Below, piece by piece: positions 1 through 12,500 of a DNA stretch of 64,000 nucleotides. Source of the stretch: the human T2T-CHM13v2.0 reference genome, Homo sapiens; NCBI RefSeq assembly GCF_009914755.1, contig NC_060933.1. One strand, given 5' to 3'. The translations under genes and the position numbers were made by a program. The notes below the pieces were generated by a model that was not told the DNA's origin, did no database searches, and was given only the letters and a program-made list of their open reading frames with translations. Each line of letters starts with the position of its first letter. Position 1 is the first letter of the stretch.

Positions 1-117
1 TGGAATGGAATGGAATGGAATGGAACGGAAAGGAAGGGAATGGAATGGAATAGAATGGAATGGAATGGAATCAACGCGAGTGCAGGGGAATGGAATGGAA
101 TGGAATGCAATGGAATG

Positions 118-130
118 GAATCTTCCGGAA
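118..130. promoter_or_regulatory. Perfect tripartite heat-shock element GAATCTTCCGGAA (GAAnnTTCnnGAA), first of ~40 copies
   Basis: The motif match to the canonical HSF1 element (three alternating nGAAn units) is direct. HSF1 binding to SatIII at 9q12 is established. Occupancy of these particular sites is inferred. Confidence 0.6.
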
Positions 131-220
131 TGGAATGGAATGGAATGGAATGGAATGGAATGGAATGGAATCAACCCTAGTGCAATGGAATGGAGTGGAA
201 TAGAATGGAATGGAATGGAA

Positions 221-285
221 CAACCCGAATGGAATGGAATGTAATGGAGAGTAAGGGAGTTGAATAGAATCAATCCGAATGTAAT
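221..285 (+). repeat. Module P (CAACCCGAAT...GTAATGGAGAGTAAGGGAGTTGAATAGAATCAATCCG), first copy
   Basis: Directly visible and repeated dozens of times (e.g. 1394, 5718, 8140, 13795, 14164, 17420, 60817). It carries a fixed 1-bp loss relative to the pentamer register. Confidence 0.9.
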
Positions 286-390
286 GGAATGGAATGCAAC
301 GGAATGGAATGGAATGGAATGGAAAGGAATGCAATGGAATGGAATCAACCCGAGTGCAATGGAATGGAGAGGAATGGCATGGAATGGAAT

Positions 391-455
391 GGAAACTACC
401 CGAATGGAATGGAATGTAATGGAGTGTAAGGGAATTGAATAGAATCAATCCGAAT
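391..455 (+). repeat. Module Q (GGAAACTACCCG...GTAATGGAGTGTAAGGGAATTGAATAGAATCAATCCG), paralog of module P
   Basis: Same architecture as P with diagnostic differences (CTACCCG, GAGTGTAAGGGAATT) and no register shift. It often directly follows P, as here and at 33.6-33.8, 35.35-35.6, 38.3-38.5, 49.9-50.15, 52.5-52.7 and 54.6-54.8 kb. Confidence 0.9.
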
Positions 456-522
456 TTAATGGAATGGAATGGAACGGAATGGAATGGAATGGAATGGAAT
501 GGAATGGAATGCAATGGAATGG

Positions 523-680
523 AATCAACCCGAGTGCAATCGAATGGAATCGAATGGAATGGAATGCAATGGAATGGATTCAACTTGAATGGAATGGAAA
601 GAATGGAATCAACACGAGTGGAATGGCATGGATTGGAATGGAATGGAATGGAATCAACCCGAGTACAGGGGAATGGAATG
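523..680 (+). repeat. Module H (pHuR98-like chr9 SatIII unit), first of ~36 copies
   Basis: AATCAACCCGAGTGCAATCG at 523-542, then GGATTCAACTTGAATGGAATGGAAAGAATGGAATCAACACGAGTGGAATGGCATGGATTGG...CAACCCGAGTACAGGGG (GTAC at 663-666). The core recurs near 3622, 4140, 4928, 6811, 9178, 11671, 13020, 16555, 18117, 19350, 27943, 30787, 31041 and onward to 59971. The module is seen directly; the pHuR98/Hur98-primer identity is recalled, not aligned. Confidence 0.75.
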
Positions 681-1645
681 GAATGGAATGCAATGGAATG
701 GAATCATCCGTAATGGAATGGAAAGGAATGGAATGGAGTGGAATGGAATGGAATGGAATGGAATCAACTCGATTGCAATCGAATGGAATGGAATGGAATT
801 AACCTGAATAGAATGGAATGGAATGGAATGGAACGGAACGGAATGGAATGGAATGGAATGGAACGGAACGGAACGGAATGGAATGGAATGGAATGGAATC
901 AACGCGAGTGCAGGGGAATGGAATGGAATGGAATGCAATGGAATGGAAACTTCCGGAATGGAATGGAATGGAATGGAATGGAATGAAATGCAATGGATTC
1001 AACTCGATTGCAATGGAATGGAATAGAATGGAATGGAATGGAATGGAATGGAATTAATCCGAATAGAATGGAATGGAATGGAATGGAACGGAATGGAACG
1101 GAACGGAATGGAATGGAATGGAATGGAATGGAATGGAATGGTATGGAATGGAATGGAATGGTACGGAATAGAATGGAATGGAACGAATTGTAATGGAATG
1201 GAATTGAATGGAATGGAATGGAATGGAATGGAATGGAATCAACGCGAGTGCAGGGGAATGTAATGGAACGGAATGCAATGGAATGGAATCATCCGGAATG
1301 GAATGGAATGGAATGGAATGGAATGGAATGGAATGGAATGGAATCAACCCGAGTGCAATGGAATGGAGTGGAATGGAATGGAATGGAATGGAACAACCCG
1401 AATGGAATGGAATGTAATGGAGAGTAAGGGAGTTGAATAGAATCAATCCGAATGTAATGGAATGGAATGCAACGGAATGGAATGGAATGGAATGGAATGG
1501 AATGCAATGGAATGGAATCAACCCGAGTACAATGGAATGGAATGGAATGGAATGGAATGGAATGGAATGGAATGATACGGAATAGAATGGAATGGAACGA
1601 AATGGAATGGAATGGAATGGAATGGAATGGAATGGAATGGAATGG

Positions 1646-1750
1646 AATCGTTCCGAGTGGAATAGGAGGGAATGTATTCGAGTGGAATGGAAAGGAATGG
1701 AATCAACCAGAGTGGAATGGAAGGGAATGGAATGGAATGGAAACTAATAG
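1646..1750 (+). repeat. Module S, first of 23 copies
   Basis: AATCGTTCCGAGTGGAATAGGAGGGAATGTATTCGAGTGG...CAACCAGAGTGG...GGAAACTAATAG. Copies start near 1648, 6102, 8474, 9538, 12096, 14533, 20569, 27234, 30098, 31995, 37061, 39771, 41517, 43470, 48034, 51453, 53900, 56881, 57525, 59292, 61070, 61355 and 62888. Confidence 0.9.
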
Positions 1751-2439
1751 AATGGAATCAACCCGAGTGGAATAGAATGGAAAGGACTGGAATGGAATGG
1801 AATGGAATGGAATCAACTCGTTTGTAATGGAATGGAATGGAATGGAATGGAATGGAATGGAATGGAATGGAATGGAATTAACCCGAATACAATGGAAGGG
1901 AATGGAATGGAATGGAAACTAATAGAATGGAATCAACCTGAGTGGAATGGAATGGAAAGGACTGGAATGGAATGGAATGGAATGGAATGGAATCAACTCG
2001 ATTGTAATGGAATGGAATGGAATGGAATGGAATGGAATGGAATGGAATGGAGTGGAATGGAATGGAATCAACCCGAGTGCAGGGGAATGGAATGGAATGG
2101 AATGCAATGGAATGGAACCATCCGGAATGGAATGGAATGGAATGGAATGCAAAATAATGGAATCATCTCGATTGCAATGGAATGGAATGGAATAGAATGG
2201 AATGGAGTTAACACGAATAGAATGGAATGGAATGGAATTGAATGGAACAGAAAGGAATGGAATGGAATGGAATGGAATGGAATCGAATGGAATGGAGTGG
2301 AATTAACCGGAATAGAATGGAATGGAATGGAATGGAACGGAATGAAATGGAATGGAATGGAATGGAATGGAATGGAATCAACCCGAGTGCAGGGGAATGG
2401 AATGGAATGGAATGCAATGGAATGGAATCATCCGGAATG

Positions 2440-3760
2440 GAATGGAATGGAATGGAATGCCATCAACCTGATGCAATGGAATGGAGTGGAATGGAATGGA
2501 ATGGAATGGAAACATCCCGAATGGAATGGAATGGAATGGAGTGTAAGGGAATTGAATAGAATCAATCCGAATGTAATGGAATGGAATGGAATGAAATGGA
2601 ATGGAATGGAATGGAATGGAATCAACCCGAGTGCAATGGAATGGATTCGAATGGAATGGAATGGAATGGAATGGATTCAACAAGAATGGAATGGAAAGGA
2701 ATGGAATCAACCCGAGTGTAATGGCATGGAATGGAACGGAATGGAATGGGATGGAATGGAATGGTATGGAATAGAATGGAATGGAATGAAATGGAAAAGA
2801 ATGGAATGGAATGGAATGGAATGGAATGGAATGAACCCGTGTGCAATGGAATGGAATGGAATGGAATGGAATGGATTCAACTCGAATGGAATCAACTCGA
2901 TTGCAATGGAATGGAATGGAATTGAAAGGAATAGAATGGAATCAACCCGAGTGGAATGGAATGGAAAGGACTGGAATGGAGTGGAATGGAATGGAATGGA
3001 ATTAACCCGAATAGAATGAAATGGAACGGAATGGAATGGAATGTAATGGAATGGAATGGAATGGAATCAACCCGAGTGCAGGGGAATGGAATGGAATGGA
3101 ATGCAATGGAAAGGAATCATCCGGAATGGAATGGAATGGAATTTAATGGAATGGAATGGAATCAACTCGATTTCAATGGAAATGGAAAGGAATAGAATGG
3201 AATGGAATTAACACGAATAGAATGGAATGGAATGGAATTGAATGGAACAGAAAGGAATGGAATGGAATGGAATGGAATCAACCCAAGTGCAGGGGAATGG
3301 AATGGAATGGAATTCAATGGAATGGAATCATCCGGAATGGAATGGAATGGAATGGAATGGAATGGAATGGAATGGAATGGAATGGAATCAACCCGAGTGC
3401 AATGGAATGGAGAGGAATGGAATCGAATGGAATGGAAACTACACGAATCGAATGGAATGTAATGGAGTGTAAGGGAATTGAATAGAATGAATCCGAATGG
3501 AATGGAATGGAAAGGAATGGAATGGAATGGAATGGAATGGAATGGAATGGAATGCAATGCCATGGAATCAACCCGAGTGCAATCGAATGGAATCGAATTG
3601 AATGGAATGCAATGGAATGGATTCAACTTGAATGGAATGGAAAGAATGGAATCAACACGAGTGGAATGGCATGGATTGGAATGGAATGGAATGGAATTAA
3701 CCCGAGTACAGGGGAATGGAATGGAATGGAATGGAATGGAATGGAATCATCCGTAATGTA
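2440..3760 (+). repeat. Block A copy 1 (~1.3 kb; other copies ~10495-11805 and ~15420-16690)
   Basis: Ordered markers CAACCTGATGCAAT (2464/10519/15443), AAACATCCCG, TTCAACAA, TGAACCCGTGTGC (2832/10887/15791), GATTTCAAT, CAACCCAAGTGCAGGGG, GAATTC (3310/11364/16278) and CCATGG (3560/11609/16493). Confidence 0.85.
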
Positions 3761-6472
3761 ATGGAAAGGAATGGAATGAAATGGAATGGAATGGAATCAA
3801 CTCTATTGCAATCGAATGGAATGGAATGGAATTAACCCGAATAGAATGGAATGGAATGGAATGGAATGGAACGGAACGGAACGGAACGGAACGGAATGGA
3901 ATGGAATGGAATGGAATGGAATGGAATGCAATGGAATCAACTGATTGCAATGGAATGGAATGGAATGGAATGGAATGGAATGGAATGGAATGGAATTAAC
4001 CCGAATAGAATGGAATGGAATTAAATGGAACGGAACGGAATGGAATGGAATGGAATGGAATGGAACGGAATGGAATGGAATGGAATGGAATCAACCCGAC
4101 TGCAGGGGAATGGAATGGAATGGATTGCAATGGAATGGATTCAACTTGAATGGAATGGAAAGAATGGAATCAACACGAGTGGAATGGCATGGATTGGAAT
4201 GGAATGGAATGGAATCAACCCGAGTACAGGGGAATGGAATGGAATGGAATGCAATGGAATGGAATCATCCGTAATGGAATGGAAAGGAATGGAATGGAAT
4301 GGAATGGAATGGAATGGAATGGAATGGAATGGAATCAACTCGATTGCAATGGAATGGAATGGAATGGAGTTAACCCAAATAGAATGGAATGGAATGGAAT
4401 GGAACGGAAGGGAACGGAATGGAATGGAATGGAATGGAATGGAATGGAACGGAAAGGAATGGAATGGAACGGAATGGAATGGAATGGAATGGAATGGAAT
4501 GCATGGAATGGAATCAACCCGAGTTCAACGGAATGGAGAGGAATGGAATGGAATGGAATGGAAACTACCCGAATGGAATGGAATGGAATGGAGTGTAAGG
4601 GAATTGAATAGAATCAATCCGAATGTAATGGAATGGAATGGAACGGAATGGAATGGAATGGAATGGAATGGAATGGAATGGAATGGAATGCAATGGAATG
4701 GAATCAACCCGAGTGCAATGGAATGGAGAGGAATGGAATGGAATGGAATGGAAACTACCCGAATGGAATGGAATGTAATGGAGTGTAAGGAAATTGAATA
4801 GAATCAATCCGAATGTAATGTAATGGAATGGAATGGAATGGAATGGAATGGAATGGAATGCAATGGAATGGAATCAACCCGAGTGCAATCGAATGGAATC
4901 GAATGGAATGGAATGCAATGGAATAGATTCAACTTGAATGGAATGGAAAGAATGGAATCAACACGAGTGGAAGGGCATGGATTGGAATGGAATGGAATGG
5001 AATCAACCCGAGTACAGGGGAATGGAATGGAATGGAATGCAATGGAATGGAATCATCCGTAATGGAATGGAAAGGAATGGAATGGAATGGAATGGAATCA
5101 ACACGATTGCAATCGAATGGAATGGAATGGAATTAACCCGAATAGAATGGAATGGAATGGAATGGAACGGAACGGAATGGAATGGAATGGAATGGAATGG
5201 AATGGAATGGAATGGAACGGAACGGAATGGAATGGAATGGAATGGAATGGAATGGAATGGAATGGAATCAACGCGAGTGCAGGGGAATGGAATGGAATGG
5301 AATGCAATGCAATGGAATCTTCCGGAATGGAATGGAATGGAATGGAATGGAATGAAATGCAATGGATTCAACTCGATTGCAATGGAATGGAATAGAATGG
5401 AATGGAATGGAATGGAATGGAATTAACCCGAATAGAATGGAATGGAATGGAATGGAACGGAATGGAATGGAATGGAATGGAATGGATTGGAATGGTATCG
5501 AATGGAATGGAATGGTACGGAATAGAATGGAATGGAACGAATTGTAATGGAATGGAATTGAATGGAATGGAATGGAATGGAATGGAATCAACGCGAGTGC
5601 AGGGGAATGTAATGGAACGGAATGCAATGGAATGGAATCATCCGGAATGGAATGGAATGGAATGGAATCAACCCGAGTGCAATAGAATGCAATGGAATGG
5701 AATGGAATGGAATGGAACAACCCGAATGGAATGGAATGTAATGGAGAGTAAGGGAGTTGAATAGAATCAATCCGAATGTAATGGAATGGAATGCAACAGA
5801 ATGGAATGGAATGGAATGGAATGGAATGCAATGGAATGGAATCAACCAGAGCACAAGGGAATGGAATGGAATGGAATGGAATGGAATGGATTGGAATGGA
5901 ATGGAATGGAATTGAATGGAATGGAATGCCTTCAAACCGAATGGAATGGAAAGCAATGGAATCAACACGAGTGGAATGGAATGGAATGGAAAGGAATGGA
6001 ATGGAATGGAATGGTACGGAATATAATGGAATGGAACGAAATGGAATGGAATGCAATGGAATGGAATGGAATGGAATGGAATGGAATGGAATGGAATGGA
6101 ACCGTTCCGAGTGGAATAGGAGGGAATGTATTCGAGTGGAATGGAAATGAATGGAATCAACCAGAGTGGAATGGAAGGGAATGGAATGGAATGGAAACTA
6201 ATAGAATGGAATCAACCCGAGTGGAATGGAATGGAAAGGACTGGAATGGAATGGAATGGAATGGAATGGAATCAACTCAATTGTAATGGAATGGAATGGA
6301 ATGGAATGGAATGGAATGGAATGGAATGGAATTAACCCGAATACAATGGAATGGAATGGAATGGAACGGAATGGAGTGGAATGGAATGGAATCAACCCGA
6401 GTGCAGGGGAATGGAAGGGAATGGAATGCAATGGAATGGAATCATCCGGAATGGAATGGAATGGAATGGAAT

Positions 6473-6548
6473 GCAAAGCAATGGAATCAACTCGATTGCA
6501 ATGGAATGGAATGGAATGGAAAGGAATACATTGGAATCAACCCGAGTG
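6473..6548 (+). repeat. Module E (GCAAAGCAAT...GGAAAGGAATACATTGGAATCAACCCGAGTGG), first copy
   Basis: Recurs near 8845, 12625, 27610, 30459, 37437, 40685, 41833, 43821, 46357, 47156, 48345, 56482, 57886 and 59648, usually downstream of S and upstream of H. Confidence 0.85.
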
Positions 6549-9500
6549 GAATGGAATGGAAAGGACTGGAATGGAGTGGAATGGAATGGAATGGAATGGA
6601 AAGGAATCAACTCGATTGGAATGGAATGGAATGGAATGGAATGGAATGGAATGGAATGGAATTAACCCGAATAGAATGGAATGGAATGGAATGGAACGGA
6701 ACGGAACGGAACGGAACAGAACGGAACGGAACGGAATGGAATGGAATGGAATGGAATGGAATCAACCCGACTGCAGGGGAATGGAATGGAATGGAATGCA
6801 ATGGAATGGATTCAACCTGAATGGAATGGAAAGAATGGAATCAACACGAGTGGAATGGCATGGATTGGAATGGAATGGAATGGAATCAACCCGAGTACAG
6901 GGGAATGGAATGGAATGGAATGCAATGGAATGGAATCATCCGTAATGGAATGGAAAGGAATGGAATGGAATGGAATGGAATGGAATGGAATGGAATCAAC
7001 TCGATTGCAATCGAATGGAATGGAATGGAATTAACCCGAATAGAATGGAATGGAATGGAATGGAATGGAACGGAACGGAATGGAATGGAATGGAATGGAA
7101 TGGAATGGAACGGAAAGGAATGGAATGGAATGGAATGGAATGGAATGGAATGGAATGGAATGGAATCAACGCGAGTGCTGGGGAATGGAATGGAATGGAA
7201 TGCAATGGAATGGAATCTTCCGGAATGGAATGGAATGGAATGGAATGGAATCAACCCGAGTGCAATGGAATGGAATGGAATGGAATGGAATTAACCGGAA
7301 TAGAATGGAATGGAATGGAATGGAACGGAATGGAATGGAATGGAAGGGAATGGAATCAACACGAGTGCAGGGGAATGGAATGGAATGGAATGCAATGGAA
7401 TGAAATCATCCGGAATGGAATGGAATGGAATGGAATCAACTCCATTGCAATGGAATGGAATGGAATAGAATGGAATGGAATTAACCCGAATAGAATGGAA
7501 TGCAATAGAATGGAATGCAACGGAACCGAATGGAGTGGAATGGAATGCAATGGAATGGAATGGAATGGAATGGAATGGAATCAACTCGATGGCAATCGAA
7601 TGGAATGGAATGGAATTAACCCGAATAGAATGGAATGGAATGGAATGGAACGGAACGGAATGGAATGGAATGGAATAGAATGGAATGGAACGGAACGGAA
7701 CGGAATGGAATGGAATGGAATGGAATGGAATGGAATCAACGCGAGTGCAGGGGAATGGAATGTAATGGAATGCAATGGAATGGAATCTTCCGGAATGGAA
7801 TGGAATGGAATGGAATGCAATGGATTCAACTCGATTGCAACGGAATGGAATAGAATGGAATGGAATGGAATGGAATGGAATTAACCCGAATAGAATGGAA
7901 TGGAATGGAACGGAATGGAACGGAACGGAATGGAATGGAATGGAATGGAATGGAATGGAATGGAATGGAATGGTGTGGAATGGAATGGAATGGAATGAAT
8001 CAACGCGAGTGCAGGGGAATGTAATGGAACGGAATGTAAAGGAATGGAATCATCCGGAATGGAATGGAATGGAATGGAATGGAATGGAATCAACCCGAGT
8101 GCAATGGAATGGAGTGGAATGGAATGGAATGGAATGGAACAACCCGAATGGAATGGAATGTAATGGAGAGTAAGGGAGTTGAATAGAATCAATCCGAATG
8201 TAATGGAATGGAATGCAACGGAATGGAATGGAATGGAATGGAATGCAATTGAATGGAATCAACCCGAGTACAATGGAATGGAATGGAATGGAATGGAATG
8301 GAATGGAATGGAATGGAATGGCTTCAAACCGAATGGAATGGAAAGGAATGGAATCAACACGAGTGGAATGGAATGGAATGGAATGGAATGGAATGGAATG
8401 GAATGGTATGGAATAGAATGGAATGGAAAGAAATGGAATGGAATGGAATGGAATGGAATGGAATGGAATGGAATCGTTCCGAGTGGAATAGGAGGGAATC
8501 TATTCGAGTGGATTGGAAAGGAATGGAATCAACCAGAGTGGAATGGAAGGGAATGGAATGGAATGGAAACTAATAGAATGGAATCAACCCGAGTGGAATG
8601 GAATGGACAGGACTGGAATGGAATGGAATGGAATGGAATGGAATGGAATCAACTCGATTGTAATGGAATGGAATGGAATGGAATGGAATGGAATGGAATG
8701 GAATTAACTCAAATACAATGGAATGGAATGGAATGGAACGGAATGGAGTGGAATGGAATGGAATCAACCCGAGTGTAGGGCAATGGAATGGAATGGAATG
8801 CAATGGAATGGAATCATCCGGAATGGAATGGAATGGAATGGAATGCAAAGCAATGGAATCAACTCGATTGCAATGGAATGGAATGGACTGGAAAGGAATA
8901 CATTGGAATCAACCCGAGTGGAATGGAATGGAAAGGACTGGAATGGAGTGGAATGGAATGGAATGGAATGGAATGGAATCAACTCGATTGGAATGGAATG
9001 GAATGGAATGGAATGGAATGGAATGGAATGGAATTAACCCGAATAGAATGGAATGGAATTAAATGGAACGGAACGGAATGAAATGGGATGGAATGGAATG
9101 GAATGGAATGGAATGGAATGGAATGGAATCAACCCGACTGCAAGGGAATGGAATGGAATGGAATGCAATGGAATGGATTCAACTTGAATGGAATGGAAAG
9201 AATGGAATCAACACGAGTGGAATGGCATGGATTGGAATGGAATGGAATGGAATCAACCCGAGTACAGGGGAATGGAATGGAATGGAATGCAATGGAATGG
9301 AATCATCCGTAATGGAATGGAAAGGAATGGAATGGAATGGAATGGAATCAACACGATTGCAATCGAATGGAATGGAATGGAATTAACCCGAATAGAATGG
9401 AATGGAATGGAATGTAACGGAACGGAATGGAATGGAATGGAATGGAATGGAATGGAACGGTATAGAATGGAATGGAACAAAATGGAATGTAATGCAATGG

Positions 9501-12500
9501 AATGGAATGGAATGGAATGGAATGGAATGGAATGGAATCGTTCCGAGTGGAATAGGAGGGAATGTATTCGAGTGGAATGGAAAGGAATGGAATCAACCAG
9601 AGTGGAATGGAAGGGAATGGAATGGAATGGAAACTAATAGAATGGAATCAACCCGAGTGGAATGGAATGGAAAGGACTGGAATGGAATGGAATGAAATGG
9701 AATGGAATCAACTCAATAGTAATGGAATGGAATGGAATGGAATGGAATGGAATGGAATGGAATGGAATGGAATGGAATGGAATTAACCCGAATACAATGG
9801 AATGGAATGGAATGGAACGGAATGGAGTGGAATGGAATGGAATCAACCCGAGTGCAGGGGAATGGAATGGAATGGAATGGAATGCAATGGAATGCAATCA
9901 TCCGGAATGGAATGGAATGGAATGGAATGCAAACCAATGGAATCAACTCGATTGCAATGGAATGGAATGGAATAGAAAGGAATAGAATGGAATCAACCCG
10001 AGTGGAATAGAATGGAAAGGACTGGAATGGAGTGGAATGGAATGGAACGGAATGGAATGGAATCAACTCGATTGGAATGGAATGGAATGGAATGGAATGG
10101 AATTAACCCGAATACAATGGAATGGAATGGAATGGAACGGAATGGAATGGAATAGAATGGAATGGAATGGAATGGAATGGAATCAACCCGACTGCAGGGG
10201 AATGGAATGGAATGGAATGCAATGGAATGGAATCATCCGGAACGGAATGGAATGGAATGGAATGGAATCAACTCGATTGCAATGGAATGGAATGGAATGG
10301 AATGGAATCAAATGGAATGGAATGGAATTAACCCGAATAGAATGGAATGGATTGGAATGGAATGGAATGGAACGGAACGGAACGGAACGGAATGGAATGG
10401 AATGGAATGGAATGGAATGGAATGGAATCAACCCGAGTGCAGGGGAATGGAATAGAATGGAATGCAATGGAATGGAATCATCCGGAATGGAATGGAATGG
10501 TATGGAATGGAATGCAATCAACCTGATGCAATGGAATGGAGTGGAATGGAATGGAATGGAATGGAAACATCCCGAATGGAATGGAATGTAATGGAGTGTA
10601 AGGGAATTGAATAGAATCAATCCGAATGTAATGGAATGGAATGGAATGAAATGAAATGGAATGGAATGGAATGGAATCAACCAGAGTGCAATGGGATGGA
10701 TTCGAATGGAATGGAATGGAATGGAATGGATTCAACAACAATGGAATGGAAAGGAATGGAATCAACCCGAGTGTAATGGCATGGAATGGAACGGAATGGA
10801 ATGGGATGGAATGGAATGGTATGGAATAGAATGGAATGGAATGAAATGGAATGGAATGGAATGGAATGGAATGGAATGGAATGGAATGAACCCGTGTGCA
10901 GTGGAATGGAATGGAATGAAATGGAATGGAATGGATTCAACTCGAATGGAATCAACTCGGTTGCAATCGAATGGAACGGAATGGAAAGGAATAGAATGGA
11001 ATCAACCCGAGTGGAATGGAATGGAAAGGACTGGAATGGAATGGAATGGAATGGAATGGAATTAACACGAATAGAATGGAATGGAACAGAATGGAACGGA
11101 ATGGAATGGAATGGAATGGAATGGAATCAACCCGAGTGCAGGGGAATGGAATGGAATGGAATGCAATCGAATGGAATCATCCGGAATGGAATGGAATGGA
11201 ATGGCATGGAATGGAATGGAATGGAATCAACTCGATTTCAATGTAATGGAATGGAATAGAATGGAATGGAATTAACACGAATAGAATGGAATGGAATGGA
11301 ATGGAACAGAAAGGAATGGAATGGAATGGAATCAACCCAAGTGCAGGGGAATGGAATGGAATGGAATTCAATGGAATGGAATCATCCGGAATGGAATGGA
11401 ATGGAATGGAATGGAATGGAGTGGAATGGAATGGAATCAACCCGTGTGCAATGGAATGGAGAGGAATGGAATGGAATGGAATGGAAACTACCCGAATGGA
11501 ATGGAATGTAATGGAGTGTAAGGGAATTGATTAGAATGAATCCGAATGGAATGGAATGGAATGGAAAGGAATGGAATGGAATGGAATGGAATAGAATGGA
11601 ATGCAATGCCATGGAATCAACCCGAGTGAAATCGAATGGAATTGAATGGAATGGAATGCAATGGAATGGATTCAACTTGAATGGAATGGAAAGAATGGAA
11701 TCAAAACGAGTGGAATGGCATGGATTGGAATGGAATGGAATGGAATCAACCCGTGTACAGGGGAATGGAATGGAATGGAATGCAATGGAATGGAATCATC
11801 CGTAATGGAATGGAAAGGAATGGAATGTAATCGGATGGAATGCAGTGGAATGGAATGGAATCAACTCGATTGCAATCGAATGGAATGGAATGGAATTAAC
11901 CCGAATAGAATGGAATGGAATGGAATGGAACGGAAAGGAACGGAACGGAATGGAATGGAATGGAATGGAATGGAATGGAATGGAATGGAATGGTATGGAA
12001 TAGAATGGAATGGAATGGAATGGTATGGAATAGAATGGAATGGAAAGAAATGGAATGGAATGGAATGGAATGGAATGGAATGGAATGGAATGGAATCGTT
12101 CCGAGTGGAATAGGAGGGAATGTATTCGAGTGGATTGGAAAGGAATGGAATCAACCAGAGTGGAATGGAAGGGAATGGAATGGAATGGAAACTAATAGAA
12201 TGGAATCAACCCGAGTGGAATGGAATGGAACGGACTGGAATGGAATGGAATGGAATGGAATCAACTCGTTTGTAATGGAATGGAATGGAATGGAATGGAA
12301 TGGAATTAACCCGAATACAATGGAAGGGAATGGAATGGAATGGAAACTAATAGAATGGAATCAACCCGAGTGGAATGGAATGGAAAGGACTGGAATGGAA
12401 TGGAATGGAATGGAATGGAATGGAATCAACTCGATTGTAATGGAATGGAATGGAATGGAATGGAATGGAATGGAATGGAATGGAATTAACCCAAATACAA

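Noticed and set aside
1646-1690. TTC-containing motifs in module S (GAATCGTTC, GAATGTATTC) as additional HSEs
   Set aside because: GAA-to-TTC spacing is 3 or 4 bp rather than the required 2 bp.
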